From the NCBI GenBank assembly GCA_018065105.1, contig JAGHTX010000163.1:14100-78099 (forward strand): a DNA stretch of 64,000 nucleotides, written 5' to 3'. Position 1 is the stretch's first letter; each line of letters starts with the position of its first letter. This stretch comes from Bacillota bacterium. GTDB taxonomy: Bacteria > Bacillota_I > Bacilli_A > Erysipelotrichales > Erysipelotrichaceae. Shown here one piece after another: positions 10,075 to 20,351 of the stretch. The notes beneath the pieces are model-generated. The model was not told the DNA's origin. It made no database searches and was given only the letters and a program-made list of their open reading frames with translations. Made by a program: the position numbers and the translations under genes.

Positions 10075-10433
10075 TTTAATTCCTCCTTTAAACAAAAATG
10101 GAAAATTTGTTCATCTTCCTGAACAAAAGAATATCTTACTTCAATACTACCGTTTTCTATTTTTAATATATCTGTATAACATTGCAGATCTATGTTACCA
10201 AATTCGGTTTCGATATATCCCTTTGTCTTTTTTTCTTTAATTAATACTAAGTGTACCTTTACATCGGAAATACTATCTATGATTATTCCTTTATCATAGA
10301 TTTTCCAAACAAACATATGATTCTTGTTTCCGAATTCATATATCGTGTAATTTTTTTCGTCTTTTCGGGAAAATTTTCCGTAGTAAACCTTCTCGTTCTC
10401 TAGACAATTTATTAAGCTTATTTTTGTACTCAT
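10050..10433 (-). CDS. DUF1934/YwiB-like small beta-barrel protein (call rests mainly on synteny)
   Basis: 127-aa ORF overlapping the argS start. A ywiB-like gene directly upstream of argS is a conserved Bacillota arrangement. Sequence-level recognition is weak. Confidence 0.5.
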   Translation of the reverse strand: MSTKISLINCLENEKVYYGKFSRKDEKNYTIYEFGNKNHMFVWKIYDKGIIIDSISDVKVHLVLIKEKKTKGYIETEFGNIDLQCYTDILKIENGSIEVRYSFVQEDEQIFHFCLKEELKWNPSTWN

Positions 10434-10466
10434 AGCGAAAGCATATTACCATATATCGAATATTTT

Positions 10467-11660
10467 TCAATCATTTTTTTGAAAATATATTCTTTTTTTC
10501 GTCACATTTTCCATTTTTAAAAGCGCTTTTACAATTTCTGAACACTTTGACAGAGGATGTATTTGACCACAGGCACTTAAAATCCATATTGTCTGTGATT
10601 CACTCAATTCCTGATAAGGCATAACCTGTTTGTTCAAACTGTGCTCTTCATAATAGTAATACTCCGCATTTTTACTACTTCTTTTTATCGCAATTTCTTC
10701 TTCCTCACTTGGATTTTCTATCCAGTCGAGGAGTCTTCGATTCAAAATTCGATAGGCTAAATCGCTTAAAATTTCATCCTTACTAAACTGCGCTTCTTGA
10801 AACCCATACATGACTCGATTGTCGTCTAACAACAAGTATTGTTGCAGCGAAAATTCTTTTTCACAGAAGGGTTCGAACACTGGAATTGTACAAGTTTTAT
10901 GAACACTTTTATATCTCTCTATAAACTTTAAAATTAATATTTCGTATGCCTTGGCATCCGGATGTAAGTAAACTTGCCAATACATATGATAACGAGCCAT
11001 GATATAGTCTTCTACACTATGCATACCACTTTCTTTCATACATAGATATCCATCATGTACGCGTAGTGTTCTTAATATTCTTTCTAAATCAAAATTTCCG
11101 TAGCTCGTTCCAGTTTCGTACGCATCTCGTAACAAATAATCCATACGATCCGCATCGAGTTGAGAAGAAATCATCTGATTTAAGAATTCTTTTTCATGTT
11201 CATGTTGAATAATAGAAACAACCTTTTCGGGAAGTTCTGGATGGCAATCCCTTAATATTTGATGGACTTGCGTATTTTCATCTAAAATAATGCGAACAGT
11301 CATTTCCTCGTGAGTACGATTGTGAAGATGTTCAAACATATGTGAAAAAGGGCCATGTCCAATATCATGAAGAAGCGCTGCACACATAACTTGTATTTTT
11401 TCAAATTGTGTTACATTTGTTGCGATACTCTCCACTTCATCAATCATTCGTCGTACAATTTCATACACACCTAAGCTGTGCGAAAAACGTGAATGTTCCG
11501 CCGTATGATAAACCATATAATCTCCACCTAATTGATGGATTCTTCGCAATCTCTGAAATTCAGAACTGTTTAATAATTTCCAAATTACTTGATAGGAAAT
11601 ATGAATATATCCGTGAATAGGATCTCTTAATACTTTTATTTCATTTGTTTGATCAAACAT
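10467..11660 (-). CDS. HD-domain phosphohydrolase, dNTP triphosphohydrolase-like (YwfO/SAMHD1-type)
   Basis: Motifs RFSHSLGV, LLHDIGHGPFSH and DADRMDYLLRD. Trimmed to the ATG at 11660, which has GGAGGA 7 nt upstream. Confidence 0.8.
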   Translation of the reverse strand: MFDQTNEIKVLRDPIHGYIHISYQVIWKLLNSSEFQRLRRIHQLGGDYMVYHTAEHSRFSHSLGVYEIVRRMIDEVESIATNVTQFEKIQVMCAALLHDIGHGPFSHMFEHLHNRTHEEMTVRIILDENTQVHQILRDCHPELPEKVVSIIQHEHEKEFLNQMISSQLDADRMDYLLRDAYETGTSYGNFDLERILRTLRVHDGYLCMKESGMHSVEDYIMARYHMYWQVYLHPDAKAYEILILKFIERYKSVHKTCTIPVFEPFCEKEFSLQQYLLLDDNRVMYGFQEAQFSKDEILSDLAYRILNRRLLDWIENPSEEEEIAIKRSSKNAEYYYYEEHSLNKQVMPYQELSESQTIWILSACGQIHPLSKCSEIVKALLKMENVTKKRIYFQKND

Positions 11661-12043
11661 TCCCATTCCTCCTTCAATTTCTCTACCAATTGTCTATCGG
11701 CTTCAAAAAAGTGATAATCATATATATTTTCAGGATTTGTCCATATATATTCATCGTGAGAGTCATACTTCCATGGCTTTTGATTGCTTGTACAAATAAA
11801 GCTTGTTAATTGGATTGTTTCTTTTCCTTGGGTATCATCATAGCTTGTCATAAAGGGCTTAAGAATGCGTAGCTGAATGCCGCACTCTTCTTCCCATTCT
11901 CGAACTAAAGCTTGTTCTAAACTTTCCCCAGCTTCAACTTTGCCTCCAGGAAATTCATACCATCCTTTTGAGGAACCATAGCTTCTTCTGGCAATCATTA
12001 CTTTTTGATCAATAATACAAATACCACATACTACATTAAGCAT
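11636..12043 (-). CDS. Nudix hydrolase (MutT-like)
   Basis: Nudix box GGKVEAGESLEQALVREWEEECG in a 135-aa protein. Confidence 0.85.
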   Translation of the reverse strand: MLNVVCGICIIDQKVMIARRSYGSSKGWYEFPGGKVEAGESLEQALVREWEEECGIQLRILKPFMTSYDDTQGKETIQLTSFICTSNQKPWKYDSHDEYIWTNPENIYDYHFFEADRQLVEKLKEEWECLIKQMK

Positions 12044-12305
12044 TTTCTTCCTCTATTTTTGTTTCGCTTACAATTTCAAACAACAATTGTGCATTTTGTT
12101 TAGAAGCTTGTTTCTGAATATCTAACACTTTAATTTCTAGTATACGAAAACCGAATTGAAGCACGATGGAATCCCCAACTTCAATTTCCGTGCTTGGTTT
12201 TGCGACTCTTCCATTAACCAAGATACGTTTTTGAAGAGCTAATTCTTTGGCTGCTTCTCTTCTTTTTAAGATTCTAGTTGTTTTTAAATACTTATCTAGG
12301 CGCAT
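12036..12305 (-). CDS. S4-domain RNA-binding protein (YabO/Hsp15-like)
   Basis: MRLDKYLK..R..A.....G.V.VNG is the S4 signature. An 89-aa ORF directly downstream of mfd, as in Bacillus. Confidence 0.75.
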   Translation of the reverse strand: MRLDKYLKTTRILKRREAAKELALQKRILVNGRVAKPSTEIEVGDSIVLQFGFRILEIKVLDIQKQASKQNAQLLFEIVSETKIEEENA

Positions 12306-15300
12306 ATATAACCTCGTTATTTTCTAATTCATAAATAATCTTCATTAATAAATCTAGATATTTTCCTTTTTTCATAATCGCAATCTCAATACGATTATTT
12401 TTTAATCGCATTTGAATCTTCTTACTAATACCATTCATGACTTCGAATAGTTTTACCCCATTACAATGATTTGTCCATTTTGGTGTCATCGTAATGATAA
12501 TAGAAGTTTCTAATTCGCGTAAGGAATCAACACCTTCTACATTCGTGAAAATATCCAATTTCTTTTGTTCAAACAATTGAGCAACTTGTTTAGGGATTCG
12601 CCCATACAAATCCTGAACCTTTTTTTCATATTCGGCTAATTCTTTTACATTACGAATACGATAAATATCTTGATAAAGAGATAACTTATCTCCATCGTTT
12701 TCAGTAAATTGTTCAGGAATATATCCATTTAATCGAACCGCTGACTGTTTTTGTGGTTCTGCTTTTTCCAATGGGGCTTCTCCTTTTTTACGAGCAATCG
12801 CATTGGCTAACATTTCTAGATAAAGATCCAATCCAATTTGGTCAATAAATCCAGCTTGTTGAGGACCTAACATATCTCCCGCCCCACGAATGGTAAGATC
12901 TCGCATCGCAATTTTATATCCGCTACCTAATTGCGTAAATTCTTTAATAGACTTTAATCGTTTGCTGGCTTGTTCGCTTAATTCCTTTTGTGGTTGCACC
13001 AATAAGTAACAATAGCCAATTTTGTCACGACGACCTACTCGACCTCGGATTTGATACAATTGTGACAATCCAAATTTATCTGCATTTTCAATAATAATGG
13101 TATTCGCATTGGCGATATCCAATCCTGTCTCGATAATTGTGGTGCAAACCATAACCTGGAATTTATTTTCGGCGAAATCCATCATGGTTTCTTCAATGGT
13201 TTCTCGATCCATTTTTCCGTGAGCGACCCCAACTTTAATATCCGGAAAATCCTCTTGGATTTTTTTGGCCACTAAATAGATATCCGACACTTTATTGTAT
13301 AAATAGAAAACTTGTCCACCACGGGATAATTCTCTTTGAATAACTTCTTTAATGACATTCCCTCTTTTTTCCATGACATACGTTTGAATAGGATGTCGGT
13401 GCGCAGGAGGTGTATTTAATTGAGAAATAGTACGAACACCAATCAATGACATTTGAAGAGTTCTAGGAATCGGTGTTGCACTTAACGTTAAAACATCTAC
13501 CGAATTCGTTACTTCTTTGATTCTTTCTTTATGTTCTACCCCAAATCGCTGTTCTTCATCGACAATTAATAATCCTAAATCCTTGAATACAAAAGATTTA
13601 TTCAATAGTTTGTGGGTTCCAATCACAATGTCCACAGAGCCTTCTTCAACGGCTTTGGTAATTTCTTTAATTTTAGCTGGTGGAACAAAACGATTTACTA
13701 GCTCAATACGAGCACCCGTATAACCAAATCTCTCTTTAAAAGATTTGTAGTGTTGCATAGAAAGAATGGTAGTTGGACATAGTAAAGCAACTTGTTTATT
13801 GGACATAATTGCCTTAAAAGCAGCTCGCATCGCCACTTCTGTTTTTCCAAAACCGACATCTCCACATAATAGGTGGTCCATTGGTTTTTCTTTCATCATT
13901 TCTTGTTTAATTTCTTCCGTTGCGATCAATTGATCATCGGTTGGCTCATATTCAAACGCATTATCAAATTCTATTTGTAAAGCATCGTCTTCTGGGAAAG
14001 CAAATCCGATATTTTGATTACGTACCGCATATAACTCCACTAGTTTTCCTGCAATTTCCTCAACTCGTTGATTTACTTTTTCTTTTGTCTTTTGCCATTT
14101 ATTGGTTCCTAGTTCACTTAATTTAATACCCACGCCTTCTTTGGAAATGTATTTTCTTACCAGTTGAAATTGGGATAGTGGTACAAATAAACTGTCTCCT
14201 TTGGCATAAATTACATGTAGATAGTCTAACTTTCTACCGTTTGTCTCTTTTGTGATGATGCCAACATATTGCCCAATCCCATATTGTTCATGAACAACAT
14301 AATCGTTTGGCTGAAGTTCCAGAATATTTTCTAAAACCTGTCCTTCTTTAAACTTCTTTTTAAATCTAGGTTTTATATTCGTTTTCTTCTGAATTTCATG
14401 ATTTGTCAAAATTAAATTGTCTTCGTATACGAATCCTTCGTTAAAATCCGGATTTATGAATTCATATGAACAAGATAATTCTTCCAAAGGTAAAGCTTTT
14501 CTATTTTCTTCAGATAAAGCGATATATAGATTCTTAAAACTATAATTACGTAAAGTATCTAAAATATTGTTGCTGGCTTCAATTGGATAAATATTGGATA
14601 CAATCGGATTATCATAATCTAAGAATTCGTGAAAATAAGAAAACTTGCGATTCTTTTCTAAGCGAATCAAATCATGGAATACCGAATATTTAGCTAGATA
14701 ACGATAATCTTGTACTAATTCTTGTAGAAAAGTAATATTTTCTTCTTTTAATTGTCTTTCAAAACGTTCTACTTCTTCTTGAGAAGACAAGATAACTTGT
14801 CCATCTACATAATCCAAAATAGAATCCGGTTGTAGATATGCATAATATAGATACAATCGATTATCTGCATCATAATTCTCTATACTTCTTAAATCTTTTT
14901 CGACTTGATCAATTAATACTTCTTTTTCATCTTCGTTTAATTTGGCACAAGTTTTCTCTAGTTTTTCTTTGACTTGTTCCTCTATTGTCTGAATTTCTTG
15001 ATCCGAAAACAAGATGTCTGTGGCTGGTCCGATTTGGATCTTATTTGTAGTTCCTATTGTACGTTGTGTTTTTTCATCAAAGAAACGAATCGAATCTATT
15101 TCTGTATCGAAAAACTCTACACGAATCGGATTTTCATATTCCAAAGAATAGATGTCAACAATCCCCCCACGTGACGCAAAAGAACGTGGCCGATCTACAT
15201 AATTCACTTTTGCGTATCCGTTTCTGTATAAACGATTTTTTAATTCTTCCATGCTGAATTCTTGATTGACTTCTAATTCCAAACAACAAGATTGATACAC

Positions 15301-15681
15301 TTCTTTTTTGGGTAAGTATCTTAAAAAAGCAGCTGTGTTACAGATGATAATTCTTGGCGTATCATTAAAAATACATTCATTTAAAGAAAGAATCATTTGT
15401 TCTTTGTCTTCTGGAGAAGAAGCAATCATTTGAACACGTAAACTTTCTTCCATCACAAAAAGCAGCACATTGTCAACAATAGGGGATAGTCGTTGATATA
15501 ATTGCTGCGCTTCATATTTATTCTTTTTTACAATGATGCGTGTTTTGTTGTCCTTTTGGAAAGCACTGGCTAAAACCAATGCTTCTTCCATTGGATATAA
15601 ATTTCCTACGTGTTTGTTCTTTTTTAGAATTTCTTGTACAACATCATTGCCCGATAATAATTCTAAAATTTTATTCTTCAT
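12292..15681 (-). CDS. mfd: transcription-repair coupling factor
   Basis: 1129 aa with helicase motifs GDVGFGKTEVA, DEEQRFGV, TLSATPIPRT and QLYQIRGRVGR, plus a UvrB-like N-terminus. Preceded by pth, as in Bacillus. Confidence 0.95.
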   Translation of the reverse strand: MKNKILELLSGNDVVQEILKKNKHVGNLYPMEEALVLASAFQKDNKTRIIVKKNKYEAQQLYQRLSPIVDNVLLFVMEESLRVQMIASSPEDKEQMILSLNECIFNDTPRIIICNTAAFLRYLPKKEVYQSCCLELEVNQEFSMEELKNRLYRNGYAKVNYVDRPRSFASRGGIVDIYSLEYENPIRVEFFDTEIDSIRFFDEKTQRTIGTTNKIQIGPATDILFSDQEIQTIEEQVKEKLEKTCAKLNEDEKEVLIDQVEKDLRSIENYDADNRLYLYYAYLQPDSILDYVDGQVILSSQEEVERFERQLKEENITFLQELVQDYRYLAKYSVFHDLIRLEKNRKFSYFHEFLDYDNPIVSNIYPIEASNNILDTLRNYSFKNLYIALSEENRKALPLEELSCSYEFINPDFNEGFVYEDNLILTNHEIQKKTNIKPRFKKKFKEGQVLENILELQPNDYVVHEQYGIGQYVGIITKETNGRKLDYLHVIYAKGDSLFVPLSQFQLVRKYISKEGVGIKLSELGTNKWQKTKEKVNQRVEEIAGKLVELYAVRNQNIGFAFPEDDALQIEFDNAFEYEPTDDQLIATEEIKQEMMKEKPMDHLLCGDVGFGKTEVAMRAAFKAIMSNKQVALLCPTTILSMQHYKSFKERFGYTGARIELVNRFVPPAKIKEITKAVEEGSVDIVIGTHKLLNKSFVFKDLGLLIVDEEQRFGVEHKERIKEVTNSVDVLTLSATPIPRTLQMSLIGVRTISQLNTPPAHRHPIQTYVMEKRGNVIKEVIQRELSRGGQVFYLYNKVSDIYLVAKKIQEDFPDIKVGVAHGKMDRETIEETMMDFAENKFQVMVCTTIIETGLDIANANTIIIENADKFGLSQLYQIRGRVGRRDKIGYCYLLVQPQKELSEQASKRLKSIKEFTQLGSGYKIAMRDLTIRGAGDMLGPQQAGFIDQIGLDLYLEMLANAIARKKGEAPLEKAEPQKQSAVRLNGYIPEQFTENDGDKLSLYQDIYRIRNVKELAEYEKKVQDLYGRIPKQVAQLFEQKKLDIFTNVEGVDSLRELETSIIITMTPKWTNHCNGVKLFEVMNGISKKIQMRLKNNRIEIAIMKKGKYLDLLMKIIYELENNEVIYAPR

Positions 15682-15683
15682 AC

Positions 15684-16244
15684 TTATTTTTTATTATAAC
15701 GATTCATCGTTTCATCAAAAGAGTGAGTAATTGAGAAATAAGCAGCGTTTGCGGCATTCTTAATAGCTGCATCTAAATTTTCTTTTTCTTCGTCTCTAAA
15801 CTTTGATAAAACCCATTGAACCATTGGAATTTTTGGATCTTTTCCTACCCCTACTCGAATACGATCAAATTCTGCAGAGAATCCACATTGGATAATGCTC
15901 TTAATTCCATTGTGTCCTCCTGCACTTCCTTTTTGACGAAGTCTTAATTTTCCTACTGGTAAATCTACATCATCATAGATAACCAATACATTTTTGATAC
16001 TTTCTTTATAGAAATCTAAACATTGGCGTAACGCAAAACCGCTGTTATTCATAAATGTAGTAGGTTTTAATAAAATTACGTCCTCTCCTTTTACTTTTGT
16101 TTTGGCAAAATAAGCAGAGAATTTTTCTTGATTAAATTCTACTTCTAATTTTTTCGCTAACTCATCAATAACCATGAATCCAGCATTGTGACGAGTATTT
16201 TCGTATTTTACTCCAATATTTCCTAATCCAATAATAATTTTCAT
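15684..16244 (-). CDS. pth: peptidyl-tRNA hydrolase
   Basis: MKIIIGLGNIG..Y..TRHNAGF and GGHNG motifs in 186 aa. Confidence 0.93.
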   Translation of the reverse strand: MKIIIGLGNIGVKYENTRHNAGFMVIDELAKKLEVEFNQEKFSAYFAKTKVKGEDVILLKPTTFMNNSGFALRQCLDFYKESIKNVLVIYDDVDLPVGKLRLRQKGSAGGHNGIKSIIQCGFSAEFDRIRVGVGKDPKIPMVQWVLSKFRDEEKENLDAAIKNAANAAYFSITHSFDETMNRYNKK

Positions 16245-16261
16245 AAAATATCCTCCAACAA

Positions 16262-16286
16262 TAAAAACGAGACATTTGTCTCGTTA
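16262..16286 (-). terminator. intrinsic terminator after jag
   Basis: Minus-strand hairpin ACGAGACA-AA-TGTCTCGT followed by TTTTTATT. It overlaps the jag stop codon. Confidence 0.6.
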
Positions 16287-16910
16287 TTTGACTTCTTTGT
16301 TTGGTGTATAGATGATACGTAGTTGACGTCCGTCTCCTTCACCTTCACTTTTAGTAGAAACACCACCCATATTCGCTAATGCGTTGTGAATAGCTTTTCT
16401 TTCGTCAGCAGGCATTGGATCTAATAGAGCATCAATTTTTGTACGACGTACATCTTTTGCGACACGAACAGCCATTTTTGTGATTTTTTCATAACGATCT
16501 TGTTTGTATCCGTTAACATCAATTAATAAACCTACACGTTTTTTAAATTGAGCAGATACAGCGGATTTCACAATTCTATTGAATGATTGTAAAGATTTTC
16601 CAGCTTTTCCAATTAAGATAGCGTTATTGTTTGTGTTAACTGTAATGCGATAGAATCCATTGTCATTTTCAATTTGAACTTCACCGTCTAATGCAGCGTT
16701 GTCAAAATATGATTGAATGTATGAACAAATGAATTTTTCGATATCTTTTTCACAAAAAGCTTCGATTTCCACTGTTTTACCAATTCCTAAAAATCCTGCT
16801 TTTTCTTCAATGACATTGTAAGTTAACTCATCTACGCCGCATCCTTTTGCGCTGGCTGCATTGTTCAAAGCATCTTCCAATGTTTTTCCTGTAAATTTTT
16901 CAAATACCAT
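16284..16910 (-). CDS. jag: Jag/KhpB RNA-binding protein (KH + R3H domains)
   Basis: 208 aa immediately downstream of yidC. Central KH-like GKAGKSLQSF and a C-terminal R3H-type segment (ERKAIHNAL). Confidence 0.85.
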   Translation of the reverse strand: MVFEKFTGKTLEDALNNAASAKGCGVDELTYNVIEEKAGFLGIGKTVEIEAFCEKDIEKFICSYIQSYFDNAALDGEVQIENDNGFYRITVNTNNNAILIGKAGKSLQSFNRIVKSAVSAQFKKRVGLLIDVNGYKQDRYEKITKMAVRVAKDVRRTKIDALLDPMPADERKAIHNALANMGGVSTKSEGEGDGRQLRIIYTPNKEVK

Positions 16911-16914
16911 ATTC

Positions 16915-17937
16915 TTATGCCTTCTTTTCAGTACGTTTGTCTAATACAACCTGTAAAACTAATTGTTGAATAATACGAATACAGCTTGACACACACCAAT
17001 AGAATGACATCGCAATTGGCCAAGATAAATACAATACAGCGATCATGGCAGTTGTCATATACATGTACATATCCATTCCGCTTCCACCAAATACAGAATT
17101 TTTGTTCTTATCTTGGTACACTTTGTACTTACGTTTTCTAACGTTATCTTTCTTATCCTTACGATCTTTCAAAATCTTAGGTAATTTTAAGCTGATCAAT
17201 TGGAATACAATCATCAATACGTATACAACGATGTAGAATAAATTCATTGTAGTGAATCCAGTCATAGGAGTTCCGGCTAAAGAGTTTCCTAAGAATGAAC
17301 CATCAACTACAGAGAATGCACGCATTGTAGCGTAATACATACCCATCATGATTGGTAATTGTAAGAACATAACTAACATAGAACCCATAGGTTTGATGTT
17401 GTATTTCTTGTATAATGCTTGTGTTTCTTGATACATCATCATACGAGAACGTTCGTCAGTTTTGTCTCTATACTTATCTTGAATGTGTTGTAATTCAGGT
17501 TGCACTTCTTGCATGATTTGTGCAGATTCTTGTGACTTACGAGTTAACAAGAATACAACTAATTGGATAATGATAGTAGTTAAGATAATTCCCCAACCAG
17601 CATCTGTTTTACTTGCGATTCCGTTGATGATTTGAGCAATTGGCCATACAACTAATCCATCGAACCATCCTGTTTTACAAGCTTCACCAAATGTTGTTGG
17701 TTTAATAGTAACCATTTCTTTTCCATCAACAGTTGTTGTAACATTTTTTAATTCTTTTTTCGAAATGTTGTCTACATTGACTTTTTCTTTTTCGATTTGA
17801 ACTTCTTCGCTGGCGATAATTACTTCTAATTTTGTCTTTCCATCTTGACCACGTGGATTCGAACATCCTGTACAGGCTAATAATAGGAATAAACAAACGA
17901 ATAAAACTTTCACCTTACTTTGCAAAAATCTTTTCAT
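16915..17937 (-). CDS. yidC: membrane protein insertase YidC/SpoIIIJ (lipoprotein type)
   Basis: Lipobox LLAC(TGC) after a signal peptide, polytopic Oxa1-like core and a basic C-terminal tail. Sits in the rnpA-yidC-jag order. Confidence 0.9.
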   Translation of the reverse strand: MKRFLQSKVKVLFVCLFLLLACTGCSNPRGQDGKTKLEVIIASEEVQIEKEKVNVDNISKKELKNVTTTVDGKEMVTIKPTTFGEACKTGWFDGLVVWPIAQIINGIASKTDAGWGIILTTIIIQLVVFLLTRKSQESAQIMQEVQPELQHIQDKYRDKTDERSRMMMYQETQALYKKYNIKPMGSMLVMFLQLPIMMGMYYATMRAFSVVDGSFLGNSLAGTPMTGFTTMNLFYIVVYVLMIVFQLISLKLPKILKDRKDKKDNVRKRKYKVYQDKNKNSVFGGSGMDMYMYMTTAMIAVLYLSWPIAMSFYWCVSSCIRIIQQLVLQVVLDKRTEKKA

Positions 17938-17947
17938 AATTAACCTC

Positions 17948-18283
17948 TTACCCTATTTTTTTTTCAATTCTAGTCTTGTCCTTTTTTAATTCTTCAAAAT
18001 TTTCTTGGTAATTTTTCTTAATATACGGTGGACGAACAATTATTATAGTATCATAGTCTTCCTCAAAATTATATATAGAATCAATCATAGAACGAACTTG
18101 TCTTTTTACAAGATTTCTATGTACTGCATTTCCTAATTTTTTTCCAACGCTGATCCCAACTCTTGCATGTTCTTCCTTTTTCTTTTGATAGTAACAAACA
18201 AAGGATGTAGACTTTACAAATTGACGATTCTGGATAATTGAAGAGAATTCATAATTTTTGCATACTCTGCGTTCTTTCTTCAT
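17948..18283 (-). CDS. rnpA: ribonuclease P protein component
   Basis: 111-aa basic protein with the RNR-like motif (AVHRNLVKRQVR), directly downstream of rpmH. Confidence 0.9.
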   Translation of the reverse strand: MKKERRVCKNYEFSSIIQNRQFVKSTSFVCYYQKKKEEHARVGISVGKKLGNAVHRNLVKRQVRSMIDSIYNFEEDYDTIIIVRPPYIKKNYQENFEELKKDKTRIEKKIG

Positions 18284-18303
18284 ACACTTCCACTTATCCA
18301 GAC

Positions 18304-18327
18304 AAAAAAATCACCGATTTAGGTGAT
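18304..18327 (-). terminator. terminator-like hairpin between rpmH and rnpA
   Basis: Minus-strand hairpin ATCACC-TAAATC-GGTGAT followed by T7, starting 3 nt after the rpmH stop. Confidence 0.5.
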
Positions 18328-18329
18328 TT

Positions 18330-18464
18330 CTAAGCGGATAAAACCTTTCTTCCTTTCGCTCTTCTTCTTGAAAGGACTTTTCTTCCACCAACGGTTGCCA
18401 TTCTAGCACGGAAACCATGTGTTTTTTGGTGTTTTCTCTTACTTGGTTGATATGTTCTTTTCAT
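18330..18464 (-). CDS. rpmH: 50S ribosomal protein L34
   Basis: Absent from the ORF track (<60 aa). Hand translation gives [44 protein letters not shown], a canonical L34. GAGGTG lies upstream. Confidence 0.95.
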   Translation of the reverse strand: MKRTYQPSKRKHQKTHGFRARMATVGGRKVLSRRRAKGRKVLSA

Positions 18465-18521
18465 AATCCTTCACACCTCTCATACTTTTTTTTCTACAAT
18501 TTCAAATAAGATTGCTCGCAT

Positions 18522-18550
18522 ATTATATAGGATAAAAAAAATAGTGTCAA
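18522..18550 (-). promoter_or_regulatory. sigma-A type promoter of rpmH
   Basis: On the minus strand, TTGACA (18545-18550), a 17-nt spacer, then TATAAT (18522-18527), about 55 nt upstream of the rpmH ATG. Confidence 0.6.
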
Positions 18551-18633
18551 ACCTTATTTCTCTATTTTTTCAATTTTTATGATTTTCTTACCTATATTAT
18601 ATATAAAATTTCACTTATTCACCATTTTAAAAG

Positions 18634-18909
18634 TTTTCCACAATCCCCTGCAGTTATCCACAATAGTTTTCCACATTGTATTGTGGCAAATAAGTTAAAT
18701 TCCCTAGAATCCACCGAATTTTTATGAGTTATCCATGTGGAAAATGCTCATTTTTCAGATAGTGTATAACTTTTGTGTATAAGTGTTTTATACGCTTATT
18801 TTATGGGCTATCTTGATGTTTATAAGCACTGTGTAAACACCGAGTTATCCACAATTTTTATACACATTTTTCAAAGTTATGCACATTGTGGAAAAATAGT
18901 GGTGTATAA
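18634..18909. other. oriC part 1: DnaA-box cluster upstream of dnaA
   Basis: Perfect TTATCCACA at 18654-18662 and 18845-18853. One-mismatch boxes: TTTTCCACA at 18634, 18667, 18736(-) and 18887(-); TTATACACA at 18774(-) and 18858; TTATGCACA at 18877. Weaker boxes also occur. Confidence 0.85.
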
Positions 18910-18993
18910 GAGATTTTCACGAATGTGAGAAAGTAGTTTTCTTTCTAAAAAATTAATGTATAATAAAAAAACTAGATAGGAGGAAATAAAAAT

Positions 18994-20349
18994 ATGGCAT
19001 TACCTACCTATGATGAAACCTGGCAAGAAGTATTGGAAAAAATCGAAAAAGCTGGATTTTTCAAACAAGATACAATGGATAAATGGATATCAAAAACATC
19101 TTTATATAAAGTAGAGAATTCTGTGGCTTATATTGTTTATAGGAAGAATTTACTAAAGACTGTGGTTGAACAAGCAAATGCGATTCCCGTATTTGAAGAT
19201 ATTTTATCCGAAGTTTGGGGAGAAAAATTAACTGTTGTATTGAAACATTATTCTGAAATGGAAAAATTAATGCCTGCGGAAGAAGTTTCTCGAAGAACTT
19301 ATAAATTGATGGAGCCAAAAATCAATCCTGATTTCACTTTTGAGAACTTCATTGAAGGAGAATCGAATAGAGAAGCTTATGCAGCTTGTTTATATTGTTG
19401 TTACCCAAACAGCACTCGTATCAATCCGATTATGATTTATGGAAATCCTGGATTAGGAAAAACCCACTTATTACACGCAATTGGTAATTATATGGCACAA
19501 AATTATCCAGAAAAACGTGTTTTCTACGCATATAGTGGCGATTTAGTTTCTATTCTATTAGATGCGATGAAGACGCAAAACGTGTATGGGAACATGGTAG
19601 ATCAAGTCAAACAGCAATTAGTAGAATACGATTATTTCTTAATTGACGATATTCAAAACCTGCAGCAGTCTTCCAGTCAGGAAGTTTTCTTCACAGTTTA
19701 TAACGAATTGGTTGCTCGTGGAGCACAAGTTGTATTAACAAGTGATACACATCCTGATGAATTAAGTGGATTGCATGCGCGTTTGATTTCCCGTTTTAGA
19801 CAAGGATATGTATTCAAAATCGGAAAACCGGCTTTTGATACGGCTCGAGCTATTTTAAGAAAGAAAATTGATGGAAAAGAAGAAATTCTACAAATTACAG
19901 ATGAAACAATCGATTATTTAGCCGAAAAATTCTCGGATGATGTCCGTAATTTAGAAGGTAGCTTAAGTCGTTTATTATTCAGTGCTACCCTTGACAAAGC
20001 TGAGGTTATTGATCTTGAATACGCTTCTCAAGTATTCTCAAATGTCCCATCGGTTGTAAAAAAAGACAAAATATCCCTTAAAGACATCAAAAAAGCTGTC
20101 ACTAAATTCTATGGAATTAGTTATAGAGAGTTAGAAGGACAAAGTCGTATAAAAAAATTAACCTGGGCTAGACACTTATTTGTATATTTAAGCCGTGAAA
20201 TGATCAATGCACCTTATGCAACGATTGCCCAAGAATTAGGCAAAAGAGATCATACGACTGCTTTGAATTCTTATAAAAAGGCAAAAGCTTTGATTGAATC
20301 GGATAGCGCCTTTAAAGCAGCAATTGATAAGGTCAAGGAAACTCTTTAA
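18994..20349 (+). CDS. dnaA: chromosomal replication initiator protein DnaA
   Basis: AAA+ Walker A GNPGLGKTHLL, Walker B LIDDIQ and a C-terminal DNA-binding helix (..DHTT..). AGGAGG RBS, 451 aa. Confidence 0.97.
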   Translation: MALPTYDETWQEVLEKIEKAGFFKQDTMDKWISKTSLYKVENSVAYIVYRKNLLKTVVEQANAIPVFEDILSEVWGEKLTVVLKHYSEMEKLMPAEEVSRRTYKLMEPKINPDFTFENFIEGESNREAYAACLYCCYPNSTRINPIMIYGNPGLGKTHLLHAIGNYMAQNYPEKRVFYAYSGDLVSILLDAMKTQNVYGNMVDQVKQQLVEYDYFLIDDIQNLQQSSSQEVFFTVYNELVARGAQVVLTSDTHPDELSGLHARLISRFRQGYVFKIGKPAFDTARAILRKKIDGKEEILQITDETIDYLAEKFSDDVRNLEGSLSRLLFSATLDKAEVIDLEYASQVFSNVPSVVKKDKISLKDIKKAVTKFYGISYRELEGQSRIKKLTWARHLFVYLSREMINAPYATIAQELGKRDHTTALNSYKKAKALIESDSAFKAAIDKVKETL

Positions 20350-20351
20350 AA

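Noticed and set aside
17858-17875. tRNA T-arm-like string GGATTCGAACATCC
   Set aside because: It lies inside the yidC coding frame, with no acceptor or anticodon arms around it. No tRNA genes were found in the window.
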